Assembly (NCBI GenBank): GCA_963695095.1
Contig: CAVOFT010000001.1
Coordinates: forward strand, 2,752,001 to 2,816,000
From: an uncultured bacterium
GTDB taxonomy: Bacteria; Krumholzibacteriota; Krumholzibacteriia; JACNKJ01
Direction: 5' to 3'
DNA length: 64,000 nucleotides
A program made the position numbers and the translations under genes. Under the pieces are notes generated by a model that was given only the letters and a program-made list of their open reading frames with translations, searched no databases and had not been told where the DNA came from. Each line of letters starts with the position of its first letter. Positions within the stretch are counted from its first letter, which is position 1. Positions 16,147 to 27,304 of the stretch are shown piece by piece.

Positions 16147-18336
16147 CTAGCGCCGACTGCCGAAGCTGAAGGTGCGCAGGCGCAGGCTGTTGGTGACGAC
16201 GAACAGGCTGCTCGCCGCCATGGCCGCCGCGGCGATCATCGGATTGAGGATGCCCAGGGCGGCCAGCGGAATGGCCAGCACGTTGTAGATGAAGGCCCAG
16301 AAGAGATTCTCGCGGATGGTGCGCAGGGTGCGCGCCGACAGGCGGAAGGCATCGAGCACGCGGCCGAGATTGCCGTGCACGAGGGTGACCGGCGCGCTGG
16401 CCACCGCCAGATCCGTGCCGCTCGCGAGGGCGATGCCCACCTCGGCCGCCGCCAGCGCCGGGGCGTCGTTGACGCCGTCCCCGAGCATGGCGACGCCCCG
16501 CCCCTGGGCCGACTCCTCGCGGATGCGCCGCGCCTTCTGATCGGGCCTGAGGCCGGCGGCGTAGCGCGTGATGCCCGCCTGCGCCGCTGCCCGGCGCACA
16601 GCCTCCGGCCTGTCGCCGGACAGGAGCAGGGGCTCCACGCCGAGGGCCTTGAGCTGAGCCACGAGGGCCGGCACTTCGGGGCGCAGCTCGTCCTCGAGGC
16701 CGAAGGCCGCCTCCAGGCGGCCCTCGAGCGCCGCCAGCACCGGGGTGAGTCCGCTCTCCTCGAGCTCGGCCAGCAGGCCGGCCTGCTCGGAGAGGTCCAC
16801 CCCCTCGCTCTCCAGATACCAGGACGAGCCGACGAGCAACTGCTTGCCGGAGATCTCGGCCCGGAGGCCGCCGCCGGGCCGGGTGACGACCGCCAGCGCA
16901 AAGGCCGTGCCCTCGCTGCGATCACGGCAGTAATCGCGCAGGGCCTGCGCCAGGGGATGGCTCACCGAGCTCTCGGCCGCGGCGATGAAGCGCAGGAGCC
17001 GCTCCTGCGGTTCGGTGCCCACCGACTGGAAGCGGGCTACGCGCGGCCGGCCGCGGGTGATGGTGCCCGTCTTGTCCATCGCCAGGAGGTGAACGCCCTG
17101 CAGGGCTTCCAGGCTGGCGGCTTCGCGGAAGAGGATGCCGTGGCGCGCGGCCAGGCCGCTGCCGACGAGGATGGCGGTGGGCGTGGCCAGGCCGAGGGCG
17201 CAGGGGCAGGCGATGATGAGCACCGCCACGCCGCGCATCAGGATGGGCACCAGGCCGAGCTCCGGCACGAGCGCGAGATGCAGCAGCACGGTGAGCAGCG
17301 CGAGGCCCAGCACCACGGGCACGAAGATGCCGGCCACGCGGTCGGCAAGGCGCTGCACCGGCGCCTTCGAGGCCTGAGCATCGCGGACGAGGCGGAGAAT
17401 GCCGGCCACCACGGTCTGCTCGCCGATCGCGCTCACGCGCATCTCGAAGGAGCCGTCCAGGAGCAGGGTGCCCGCGGTGAGGCGCTCGCCCACCTGGCGG
17501 CGGACCTGGCGGCTCTCGCCGGTGAGCAGCGACTCGTCCAGGGCCCCCTCGCCCAGGATGAGCATGCCGTCGACCGGCACCTTGCTGCCCGCGCGCACGC
17601 GGAGTCGGTCGCCGGGGACGAGGGCGCTGGCCGCGACCTCCTCCTCGCTGCCGTCATCGTTGACGCGCAGGGCCCGCTCGGGCAGCAGGCGCGCCAGCTC
17701 GCGCAGGGCGTCGGCGGCGCTGTCGCGAGCGCTGCCCTCGAGCCGGCGGCCCAGGAGGATGAGCGCAATGATGACGGCCGCGCTTTCGAAGTAGAGGTGG
17801 GTGCTGTGGCCGGGCTGCGCGATGCCGATCAGCAGGCTGGCCCAGGAGCCGAGCCAGGCGGCGCCCGTGCCCAGGGCGATCAGCGTCTCCATGGCGCTCT
17901 GGCCGTGGCGCGCCAGCTGCCAGGCGCGCTGGAAGAAACGCCGGCCGGGGCCGGCCAGCACGACGGTGGCCAGGATGCCCTGGACGAGTCCCCAGGCGAG
18001 GTCCATGGGGCCGAACATGGCCAGCGCCATGAGCAGGGCGCCCAGCGGCAGCGCGATGAACAGGTCGCGCTTCAGCGCGGCCGGGTTCTCCACGGTCGAG
18101 GGGATGGCGTGCAGGAACTCGTCGTCGTCCAGCGGATCGGCCTCGAAGCCCACGCGGTGGACAGCTTCGAGGAGGCCCAGGGCCGGCAGGTGCCCGCCGC
18201 CGTGCACGCGGGCCTCCGCGGTGGCCAGGTTGACGCTCACCTGGTCCACGCCGGGAATCGCCGCCAGCGCCTTCTCCACCTTGCTCACGCAGGAGGCGCA
18301 GCTCATGCCCTTGATCCGAAGGCGAAGTTCAGCCAC
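16147..18336 (-). CDS. copA: Copper-translocating P1B-1 ATPase
   Basis: HMA motif GMSCASC, TGES, CPCALGLATP, DKTGT, SHP, GDGVNDAPAL, YN and MAASS Cu(I) ligands; probable GTG start at 18336. Confidence 0.93.
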   Translation of the reverse strand: MAELRLRIKGMSCASCVSKVEKALAAIPGVDQVSVNLATAEARVHGGGHLPALGLLEAVHRVGFEADPLDDDEFLHAIPSTVENPAALKRDLFIALPLGALLMALAMFGPMDLAWGLVQGILATVVLAGPGRRFFQRAWQLARHGQSAMETLIALGTGAAWLGSWASLLIGIAQPGHSTHLYFESAAVIIALILLGRRLEGSARDSAADALRELARLLPERALRVNDDGSEEEVAASALVPGDRLRVRAGSKVPVDGMLILGEGALDESLLTGESRQVRRQVGERLTAGTLLLDGSFEMRVSAIGEQTVVAGILRLVRDAQASKAPVQRLADRVAGIFVPVVLGLALLTVLLHLALVPELGLVPILMRGVAVLIIACPCALGLATPTAILVGSGLAARHGILFREAASLEALQGVHLLAMDKTGTITRGRPRVARFQSVGTEPQERLLRFIAAAESSVSHPLAQALRDYCRDRSEGTAFALAVVTRPGGGLRAEISGKQLLVGSSWYLESEGVDLSEQAGLLAELEESGLTPVLAALEGRLEAAFGLEDELRPEVPALVAQLKALGVEPLLLSGDRPEAVRRAAAQAGITRYAAGLRPDQKARRIREESAQGRGVAMLGDGVNDAPALAAAEVGIALASGTDLAVASAPVTLVHGNLGRVLDAFRLSARTLRTIRENLFWAFIYNVLAIPLAALGILNPMIAAAAMAASSLFVVTNSLRLRTFSFGSRR

Positions 18337-18361
18337 GGGGACCTTCTCAGGCAGGGAAGCC

Positions 18362-18390
18362 TTGAATCGGGCTCCGCTCCAAGCTAGAAT
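18362..18390 (+). promoter_or_regulatory. Near-consensus sigma70 promoter for the 82-aa secreted protein
   Basis: TTGAAT-N17-TAGAAT. Confidence 0.6.
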
Positions 18391-18431
18391 AGTGCCCACA
18401 ACCGGAACCGACGACAAGCAGGAAGGAACCC

Positions 18432-18680
18432 ATGCCCCTCCGCGCTCGCCTGTTGCTCGCTCTGCTCATCGGCGTGGCCAGCGTCGGCGCCGCCTTCGCC
18501 GCCGAGCAGGCTGAGGAGCTGCAGGTCTGTCAGCCGGCCCCGGAATCGACACAAGAAGGTAATCAGAGTGAGCCCGCCGGCAATGGGCTCGAGGCAATGG
18601 CTGCTCCCGCCTCCCCGGCGCAGAGGGCAGCCGATGTGACGCCGACCAGCTGGGGCAACGTCAAGGCGCTCTGGGGCTGA
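18432..18680 (+). CDS. Small secreted protein with C-terminal SWGNVKALWG motif
   Basis: 82 aa; RBS AAGGA; signal peptide ending AFA; low-complexity linker; ends DVTPTSWGNVKALWG. Confidence 0.75.
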   Translation: MPLRARLLLALLIGVASVGAAFAAEQAEELQVCQPAPESTQEGNQSEPAGNGLEAMAAPASPAQRAADVTPTSWGNVKALWG

Positions 18681-18731
18681 TCACGGCGAGGCCCCATTGG
18701 CGATGCCGGCTTCCGGACTCCGCAAATCCGC

Positions 18732-18760
18732 TTGCCAGCTCTGTGTGCGCCGCGTAGAGT
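18732..18760 (+). promoter_or_regulatory. Putative sigma70 promoter for the ParA-family gene
   Basis: TTGCCA-N17-TAGAGT. Confidence 0.5.
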
Positions 18761-18844
18761 GCGCCCTTCGGCTTGCGCATCGACCTCTGGTTCACAGCTC
18801 CTGCAGCGCGACCAGACCCAAATCGGCACCAGCAAGGAGGTCTC

Positions 18845-19993
18845 ATGGGACGCAGTGTGGCCGTTGTCTGCCCAAAGGGCGGCGTCGGCAAGACGACCAT
18901 CGCGGTGAACCTGGCTGCCGCCCTGGCCGAGCAGGGACAGCGCTGCTTGCTCGTGGGCGTCGACCCCCAGTGCGGCATCGTGAGCTGCTTCGGCAAGGAT
19001 CGCTTCGACATCGACAACGGACTGCTGGATTTCTTCGACCCCGACGGCGATCCTGCAGCCGCCGTCCAGGCCAGCGGCACGCCGAACCTCGATTTCATCA
19101 CGAGCAACGTCTGGTCGCGCGACGAAGAGCGCGAGCTGACCGAGGGCGCTGCGCACTTCCCCGAACGCCTCGCGGAGCAGGTGGCCCGCCTGAGCAGCGC
19201 CTACGATCTCGTCATCCTCGACTGCCCGCCGAACCTCGGCGCGCTCACGGCCGCGGCCCTGCAGGCCGCCGACTACTGCCTCGTGCCGCTGCAGGCCGAG
19301 GAGCTGGCCTATCGCGCGCTGCCCCGTCTCTTCGACGGCATGGATGAGATGCGCCGTCAGGGCCGGCGCCTGCCCGCGCTGCTGGGCGTCGTACTCAACC
19401 TCGTCGATCCGCGCACGCGCTTGTCCGCAGACATCGTGGCGCGCGTGCGCGAGGACTACGCAGGCCAGGTCTTCGCGACGGCCATTCCGCGCAGCGTGCG
19501 CCTGGCCGAAGTGGCCCAGCGCGGCCGACCCGTGAATCAATTCAATCGCAGCGGGCTGGCCGCAGGCGCCTTCGCCGCGCTGGCCGACGAAGTGCTTGCC
19601 GCACTGGCCGGCGAGGAGGCCGCGGCCAACGCGGTCGGCGGCGGTGAGCTGCGCCGGCTGGCACTGGTCGTTGCTCCGGATGCCGAGGAGGAGCCGCCCG
19701 CCCGGCAGGCCCAGGCCACGCTGGCGACAGCCGGCGCGTTCGGCGCCCAGGGGAGGATCGGCGCTGCGAGTGCGGCCGGCGCAGTGAGCGGGCCCGGCGC
19801 TCGCGAGCCCGAGTCCGAGCGCGAGCCCGACTGGGCCCTCGAAACGGCGGGTGAGCGCGATGGCGAGAGCGGCGACGAGGATCGCCTGCTCTCCCTCGAC
19901 GAACTCGTCGAGGACGAGGATGACGACGGCAGCCGCCATCGGCCGAGCCTTGACGACTACGACAGCGCCAATGATGAGGACTACTACCACTAG
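18845..19993 (+). CDS. ParA/Soj-family ATPase with long acidic C-terminal extension
   Basis: RBS AAGGAGG; deviant Walker A KGGVGKTT, VDPQ, ILDCPPNLG, IPRSVRLAE; about 125-aa extra tail. Confidence 0.9.
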   Translation: MGRSVAVVCPKGGVGKTTIAVNLAAALAEQGQRCLLVGVDPQCGIVSCFGKDRFDIDNGLLDFFDPDGDPAAAVQASGTPNLDFITSNVWSRDEERELTEGAAHFPERLAEQVARLSSAYDLVILDCPPNLGALTAAALQAADYCLVPLQAEELAYRALPRLFDGMDEMRRQGRRLPALLGVVLNLVDPRTRLSADIVARVREDYAGQVFATAIPRSVRLAEVAQRGRPVNQFNRSGLAAGAFAALADEVLAALAGEEAAANAVGGGELRRLALVVAPDAEEEPPARQAQATLATAGAFGAQGRIGAASAAGAVSGPGAREPESEREPDWALETAGERDGESGDEDRLLSLDELVEDEDDDGSRHRPSLDDYDSANDEDYYH

Positions 19994-20016
19994 CGGCTCT
20001 CCGCAGGTCTCGCAGA

Positions 20017-20050
20017 GGGGGGTGGGCCGCCAAGCGGCCCACCCCCCCTT
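20017..20050 (+). terminator. Hairpin terminator after the ParA-family gene
   Basis: GGGGGGTGGGCCGC-CAA-GCGGCCCACCCCCC, 14-bp stem, short U tail. Confidence 0.6.
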
Positions 20051-20200
20051 CATTCGGCGGCCGGGGCGGCTGCAGCGCCCTGCAGCGCAGAGCGGGCCGG
20101 CGGCGAAGTCGGCATTAACGACAGAATTGGCCTAATTGCCATAGTATTGATATTCCAGCATTTGTGCGCCATGTCCGGGCCGCGGTGGGGCCGCGCTGGG

Positions 20201-20229
20201 TTGACATCCCCTGGGGGGCTCAGTACTTT
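20201..20229 (+). promoter_or_regulatory. Sigma70 promoter of the vor operon
   Basis: TTGACA-N17-TACTTT; AT-rich patch upstream at about 20120-20165. Confidence 0.65.
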
Positions 20230-20337
20230 GTGGGCGTTCCGGCTGTTGCTTGTCTGCTTTTCCGCTTAGGCCGCGGTCGCCAGGAAGCCCAGGCGGCGAC
20301 GGCCCCCGCTGACGCCGAGAAGAAAGGCGGGCCCGAA

Positions 20338-20580
20338 ATGAGCCGCATTCTGGATGAGGCCCTCACCTTCGTCTCCCCTGAACACTGCAAGGGCTGCAGC
20401 CTCTGCGTGATCTCCTGTCCCCAGGACTGCCTCGCCCTGCTCAGCAGTTTCAACAGCCGCGGCTATCACCCGGCCCACTACCGGGGCGACGGCTGCACGG
20501 GCTGCGGCATGTGCTTCTACGCCTGCCCCGAGCCCTCAGCGATCACGGTCTACAAGAAGGGCGCCGAGTACCCGGACTAG
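20338..20580 (+). CDS. 2x[4Fe-4S] ferredoxin-like delta subunit of 2-oxoacid oxidoreductase
   Basis: [12 protein letters not shown] and [20 protein letters not shown] is typical of delta subunits. Confidence 0.9.
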   Translation: MSRILDEALTFVSPEHCKGCSLCVISCPQDCLALLSSFNSRGYHPAHYRGDGCTGCGMCFYACPEPSAITVYKKGAEYPD

Positions 20581-20592
20581 GGAGGCATTGCC

Positions 20593-21659
20593 GTGGCCAA
20601 GGAGTTCATCAAGGGGAACGACGCCATCGTGAAGGCCGCGCTCCTCGCCGGTTGCCAGTCGTACTACGGCTACCCGATCACCCCCGCCAGCGAGATCGCC
20701 CACGCCGCCGCCAAGTACTTCCCCCGCGTGGGCCGCACCTTCCTGCAGGCCGAGAGCGAGATCGCGGCGATCAAGATGGTCTACGGCGCCGCCGCCTCGG
20801 GCGAGCGCAGCATGACGGCTTCCTCGAGCCCGGGCATCAGCCTGAAGCAGGAGGGCCTCAGCTACCTGGCCGGCAGCGAGCTGCCCTGCGTCGTGGTCGA
20901 CATCATGCGCGGCGGTCCCGGCCTGGGCAACATCGCCCCCGAGCAGAGCGACTACAACCAGATGGTCAAGGGCGGCGGCCACGGCAACTACAAGCTCATC
21001 GTCCTCGCGCCCAACGGCGCTCAGGAGATGTGCGACCTCACGATCAAGGCCTTCGACCTGGCCGACCGCTACCGCAACCCGGCGGTGATCCTGGCCGACG
21101 GCTTCATCGGCCAGATGATGGAGCCGGTGGAGTTTCCCGCCGCCGGTCGCCGACATCCCGGCCAAGCCCTGGGCGCTCAAGGGCGAGAAGATCGACAGCG
21201 AGAACCTGATCAACTCCATCTTCCTCGATCCGGACGAGCTGGAGGCGCACAACGTGCACCTTCAGGAGAAGTACGCGCTCGATCGCCGAGCGCGAGGTGA
21301 TGATCGAGGAGTACCTCACCGGACGACGCCGAGCTCGTGCTGGTCGGCTACGGCATCGTCAGCCGCATCCTGCGCTCGGTGGCGGAGCGGGCGCGGGCCG
21401 ACGGGCATCAAGGTCGGCCTGCTCCGGCCGATCACGCTCTGCCCCTTCCCGAGCGTTCGCATCGCCGCCCTCGCGGGCCAAACGCAAGCCTTCCTCGCCG
21501 TGCGAGCTGAGCAACGGCCAGATGGTGGACGACGTGCGCCTGGCCGTCTCGGGCCGGGTCCCCGTGCACTTCTACGGCCGCATGGGCGGCAACGTGCCGA
21601 CGGTCGAAGAGATCTACAAGGTCGTGAAGGGCCATCTGGCCGTTGCCACGAGCGCCTGA
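20593..21659 (+). CDS. vorB: 2-oxoacid (ketoisovalerate-type):ferredoxin oxidoreductase alpha subunit; five apparent +1 frameshifts
   Basis: [54 protein letters not shown]. The C-terminal part is recoverable across shifts near 21137, 21281, 21321, 21404 and 21502 ([27 protein letters not shown]). Confidence 0.88.
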
Positions 21660-21668
21660 GGAGGAACC

Positions 21669-23095
<1,427 letters not shown>

Positions 23096-23115
23096 GCCCG
23101 CGACAAGGAGCGCCC

Positions 23116-25161
23116 ATGCTGCCCGGCCAGTTCCCCACCAATCTGCTCTTCACGCTCGTCCTCATCGCCACGCTCGTCTTCTTCGTCTGGACCCTGAGGC
23201 GGCTCGTCGCGATTCTCAAGCTCGGCAAGCCCGACGCGCGCAGCGAACGCATGGGCGAGAGGTGGCGCGCCATCCTCGTCTACTTCTTCGGGCAGAGAAG
23301 CGTGCTGCGCGAGCCGGCGGGGCTCGGCCACTTCTTCATCTTCTGGGGCTTCCTGATTCTCAGCCTGGGCACCCTGGAGACCTTCATCCGCGCCTTTGCG
23401 GGCGATTTCACCTTCGCGGCCGTCGTCGGCCCGAGCGCCTACGCGCTCTTCGGGCTCCTGCTCGACCTCTTCGGCCTCGCCGTGCTGGTGGCGATCGGGG
23501 TGGGCCTGGCCCGCCGCTGGTTCGTGAAGCCCCTTCGCCTGCAAAGCGACGACCCCGGCACCAAGCGCGACGCCACGCTGATCCTGAGCTGGATCGTGGC
23601 GCTCGTGCTGCTCATGTGGATCGGCCGCGCCGCGGAGGCGCGCCTGGCCTGGGTGCATGGCGCCCGCGAGTGGTCAGCGGGCATGCGCCTGTCCTTCGTC
23701 AGCCAGTGGCTGGTGGACGCCTTCCGCACCCGCGGGGTGCAGGGCCTGGAAGTGATCATCGCGGCGAGCTGGTGGGCGCACACCCTGCTCATCCTCGGCT
23801 TCCTCGCCTACATCCCCTATAGCAAGCACCTGCACATCTTGATGGCCGCGCCGAACATGATCTTCCGCCGCCTGCCGGGGCAGCCCAAGGCGCGGCTGAG
23901 CACGCTCGACTTCGCCGACGAAACGCTGACCAAGTACGGCAAGGACGAGATCCAGGACCTCACCTGGAAGCAGATGCTCGACCACTACGCCTGCACCGAG
24001 TGCGGGCGCTGCCAGAATGAGTGTCCGGCCTACGCAACGGGCAAGCCGCTGTCCCCCTACATGATGGTGCACCATGTGAAGGAACACGTGCTCGCCAAGG
24101 GCGGAGCGCTGCTCGCGAGCAAGGACGGCACGCTGCCGGAGAGCGCGCCGGCGGCGGTCACGGCCGCCCTCGTCGGCGAGGTCTTCAGCGTCGATGCGAT
24201 CTGGAGCTGCACCACCTGCGGCGCTTGCGAAGCCGCCTGCCCGGTCTTCATCGAGCACATCCAGGAGATCGTCGACTTCCGCCGCGGCCTGGTGATGATG
24301 CAGGGCGCCATCGCGCCCGAGGTGCAGCTCGCCCTCAAGAACCTGGAGACGAACAGCAACCCCTGGCAGATTCCGCACACCGAGCGCGGCGCCTGGGCAG
24401 CGGGCCTGGACCTGCCACTGTATAGTGAGAAGCCCGACGCCGAGTACCTCTTCTACGTGGGCTGCATGGGCAGCTTCGACGAGCGCAACAAGAGGATCAG
24501 CGTGGCCTTCGCCCAGCTCCTCAAGCAGGCGGGCGTGGACTTCGCCATCCTCGGCGCTGAGGAGAAGTGCTGCGGCGACCCGGCGCGGCGCATCGGCAAC
24601 GAGTACCTGGGCGACATGCAGGCGCGGGCCAACGTCGAGCAGTTCAATGCGCTCGGCGTGAAGAAGGTGCTCACGGCCTGCCCGCATTGCTTCAATACCC
24701 TGGCCCACGAGTATCCGGATTTCGGCGGGCGCTTCGAGGTGATCCACCACGCCGAGTTCCTGGCCCGGCTGGTGGTGGCCGGCAAGCTGAAGCCCGCGGC
24801 ATCGCTCGCCGGACAGAAGGTCAGCTATCATGACTCCTGCTACCTGGGCCGGCACAACGGCATCTACGACGCGCCGCGCGCCCTGCTCGAGGCGGCGGGC
24901 GCCGAGCTGGTCGAGATGCCGAGGACCCGCGAGAAGGGCTTCTGCTGCGGCGCCGGCGGCGGCCGCATGTGGATGGAAGAAACCCTGGGCACGCGCATCA
25001 ACGAGAATCGCGCCGAGGAGGCCATCGCCACCGGCGCCGCCACCGTGGCCAGCGCCTGCCCCTTCTGCCTGACCATGCTCTCCGACGGCGTCAAGGCCAA
25101 GGGCGCGGGCGAGAGCGTGGCAACCAAGGACGTGGCGGAGCTGCTGGCGTCCAGCCCCTGA
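23116..25161 (+). CDS. Membrane Fe-S oxidoreductase (NarI-like TM + 2x[4Fe-4S] + two CCG domains; FadF/EMO family)
   Basis: RBS AAGGAG; TM domain with [78 protein letters not shown]. Confidence 0.92.
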   Translation: MLPGQFPTNLLFTLVLIATLVFFVWTLRRLVAILKLGKPDARSERMGERWRAILVYFFGQRSVLREPAGLGHFFIFWGFLILSLGTLETFIRAFAGDFTFAAVVGPSAYALFGLLLDLFGLAVLVAIGVGLARRWFVKPLRLQSDDPGTKRDATLILSWIVALVLLMWIGRAAEARLAWVHGAREWSAGMRLSFVSQWLVDAFRTRGVQGLEVIIAASWWAHTLLILGFLAYIPYSKHLHILMAAPNMIFRRLPGQPKARLSTLDFADETLTKYGKDEIQDLTWKQMLDHYACTECGRCQNECPAYATGKPLSPYMMVHHVKEHVLAKGGALLASKDGTLPESAPAAVTAALVGEVFSVDAIWSCTTCGACEAACPVFIEHIQEIVDFRRGLVMMQGAIAPEVQLALKNLETNSNPWQIPHTERGAWAAGLDLPLYSEKPDAEYLFYVGCMGSFDERNKRISVAFAQLLKQAGVDFAILGAEEKCCGDPARRIGNEYLGDMQARANVEQFNALGVKKVLTACPHCFNTLAHEYPDFGGRFEVIHHAEFLARLVVAGKLKPAASLAGQKVSYHDSCYLGRHNGIYDAPRALLEAAGAELVEMPRTREKGFCCGAGGGRMWMEETLGTRINENRAEEAIATGAATVASACPFCLTMLSDGVKAKGAGESVATKDVAELLASSP

Positions 25162-25171
25162 GGAGAGCGGC

Positions 25172-25552
25172 ATGGAGACGCGCGACCGCAAGCTGATCGG
25201 CAGCCTGCACATCGCCCTCGCCCTGGTCGGCCTGCTGCCGGCCATCCTGCTCTCGGCAGTCCTCCTCTTCAGCCGCGGCTTCCTGGTGCCGGGTTTCCCG
25301 CTGCCGGTGGAGAATCTCCTGCGCCTGGTCGCGATCCTCCTCGGCGCACTGGCGGTGCCAGGCTTGATCGGCGGTCTCGGCTTGATCGCCGGAGCGCGGT
25401 GGGCGCCCGTGCTCGTGCTCGTGGTCTCCGGCCTGCACCTGCTCAACCTGCCCTTGGGCACCGCAGTGGCCATCTTCACGATCATCCGCTACTGGCAGAG
25501 CACTCCCCCCGATCGTGAAACAGAGGCCGGCAGCCCCGTCGAAGCCTCCTGA
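25172..25552 (+). CDS. Hypothetical membrane protein
   Basis: RBS GAGGAG; three or four hydrophobic segments; LLNLPLGTAVAIFT. Confidence 0.75.
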   Translation: METRDRKLIGSLHIALALVGLLPAILLSAVLLFSRGFLVPGFPLPVENLLRLVAILLGALAVPGLIGGLGLIAGARWAPVLVLVVSGLHLLNLPLGTAVAIFTIIRYWQSTPPDRETEAGSPVEAS

Positions 25553-25768
25553 GCTGCAGTTCCCTGCACGCGCCGAGGGGAAGCCGCGCTTCCCTGGCCG
25601 AGCCGCACTGCGGTGGGCCTGCCTCCTCGCACATCATCTCGCATAGACTGCGATAAACTTGACCATTGGTCCGAGATGGGCGATAATGGGCTTTGCCCCG
25701 CCCGGAGCCTGCATCGATGCGCGCTTCGACACCCCTGTCCACGCGAACCGAACCCAGGAGCCGGATTC

Positions 25769-26482
25769 ATGCGCATCCCCAGCCTATTCCGATCGCCCTC
25801 GCGCCTGCTCGCCCTTGCCGCTTGCGCGCTCATCGCGGGCACGGCCTGCAAGGAGGACTCCCCCTCCGCCCCCGCTGCAGTCGAACCCTTCACCCTGAGC
25901 TACACCTTCAAGTCGGGGATCACGGAGGACGGCTTCGACTGGCCGGCCTCCTTCGTGGACGATACGCCGAGCTCCTGGTACACGAATCCCGATGGCGTCG
26001 TGTTCTTCCACGACATCGGCAATCTGCTGTTCATCGACAGCAACACGCTGCTACCGGATGAAGTGGCGGTCGGCAACGGCATCGTCGACGAGTGCCTCTG
26101 GGGCAACCCGCACCCGCGATACTACCCGGTCGCGCCGGTGGTCTACATCATCCTCCCCGCCAAGGCGGATAGCGTGTCCTTCGACTACGCCTGCGTGTTC
26201 GGCGGCGAATCGCCGCCCGATACGCTCTCGGTCTCGATCGGGGACGCACCTGGCGCTGGTTTCGTGACCTTCATCCTGCCGGACTCCTGGAACGCCGGGG
26301 CGCCCTACCAGAATTCCCTTGGCCGCTCGGGCAGGATCGCTTTCTCGGTCGAATCGCTCGCCGCCGATCACGATCACCACATCAGCGGGATCCGCTACCT
26401 CGGCATCTTTGTCGATACCCTCGCCGACGAGGCCGGCAACAGCGCCTTCGCCATCGACAACTTCACGGCCGTCAGGCGCTAG
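25769..26482 (+). CDS. Hypothetical lipoprotein (beta-rich)
   Basis: RBS AGGAG; signal peptide ending IAGTAC; ends FAIDNF; upstream TTGACC-N17-GATAAT at 25659-25687. Confidence 0.75.
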   Translation: MRIPSLFRSPSRLLALAACALIAGTACKEDSPSAPAAVEPFTLSYTFKSGITEDGFDWPASFVDDTPSSWYTNPDGVVFFHDIGNLLFIDSNTLLPDEVAVGNGIVDECLWGNPHPRYYPVAPVVYIILPAKADSVSFDYACVFGGESPPDTLSVSIGDAPGAGFVTFILPDSWNAGAPYQNSLGRSGRIAFSVESLAADHDHHISGIRYLGIFVDTLADEAGNSAFAIDNFTAVRR

Positions 26483-26630
26483 CGGCCTCCCGTCGCCCGG
26501 CGGCAGGGGCCCAAGGCTGGGCGGGCGCCAGGATAGCGGCGGCCGCCGAGCTGGTGGAGATGCCGAAAAGCCGGGAGAAAGGCTGCTGCAGCGGCGCGCC
26601 GCAGCACTGCAGCAACCCTGGCGTGGATGT

Positions 26631-27257
26631 CTAGTGGCCGTGACCCTCGGCGCCCTGCCCGCTCTCGGCGTGGTGGGCGCCAGCAGCGATGATCGCGGCA
26701 TGCAGGTTCTCGACGTAGTGCACGTAGGTCACGTAGGCCGCCACGTACTCCCGTCCCGCCTCGACGCTCTCGTCCTTGTGCTGCCTTGCCGCCGCCGCCT
26801 GCGCATATTTCTCCCTGACGATCTCCGCCATGTGGCCGTCGAGCGCCTTGATCATCGCATCGGCCGAGCCGGCGGCAAGGGCCTGGTCGGCCATGGCGGT
26901 GATCGGCTCAGCCGGCGCGTCCGTGATGCCGGTGAAGGGCGCCCCTTCGCCGGCGCGATGCAGGCGGACCAGGGTCTCGAGAAAGTGCTGGTCGACCAGC
27001 GCCTTCGCCTCGGGACTCTTCGCGCGGACGGCAACCGTCTGGGCGAAGACCGCCTTGATCGCTGCTTCGTCACCCGGGCCCACCCACTTCAGGACTGGGG
27101 TGACGTCCCCCCGCTCCAGCGCCGCTTTGGCTTCCGGGATGAGGGGACCGCCAGTCGAATCGCAGTGGGCCAGGGCGCTTGCAGCCAGAACCGCCGACAT
27201 CCCCATCGCCACCACCATCGCCACCATCGCGCCGCCGATCCTCCATTCATACTTCAT
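26631..27257 (-). CDS. Secreted helical protein with N-terminal His-Cys-Asp motif (DUF6448-like)
   Basis: RBS GAGGAGG; signal peptide ending ALA, then HCDSTGGPLIPEAKAALERGDVTPVLKWV; FLETLVRLHRAGEGAPFTG; GREYVAAYVTYVHYVE; His-rich tail. Family name is from recognition, not a search. Confidence 0.8.
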   Translation of the reverse strand: MKYEWRIGGAMVAMVVAMGMSAVLAASALAHCDSTGGPLIPEAKAALERGDVTPVLKWVGPGDEAAIKAVFAQTVAVRAKSPEAKALVDQHFLETLVRLHRAGEGAPFTGITDAPAEPITAMADQALAAGSADAMIKALDGHMAEIVREKYAQAAAARQHKDESVEAGREYVAAYVTYVHYVENLHAAIIAAGAHHAESGQGAEGHGH

Positions 27258-27304
27258 GACAGCCCTCCTCGCGTGTTGGTTTTCGCATCTCAGCATCCAG
27301 CCGA

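Noticed and set aside
15852..16169. 105-aa plus-strand ORF
   Set aside because: Antisense shadow of the selenoprotein gene.
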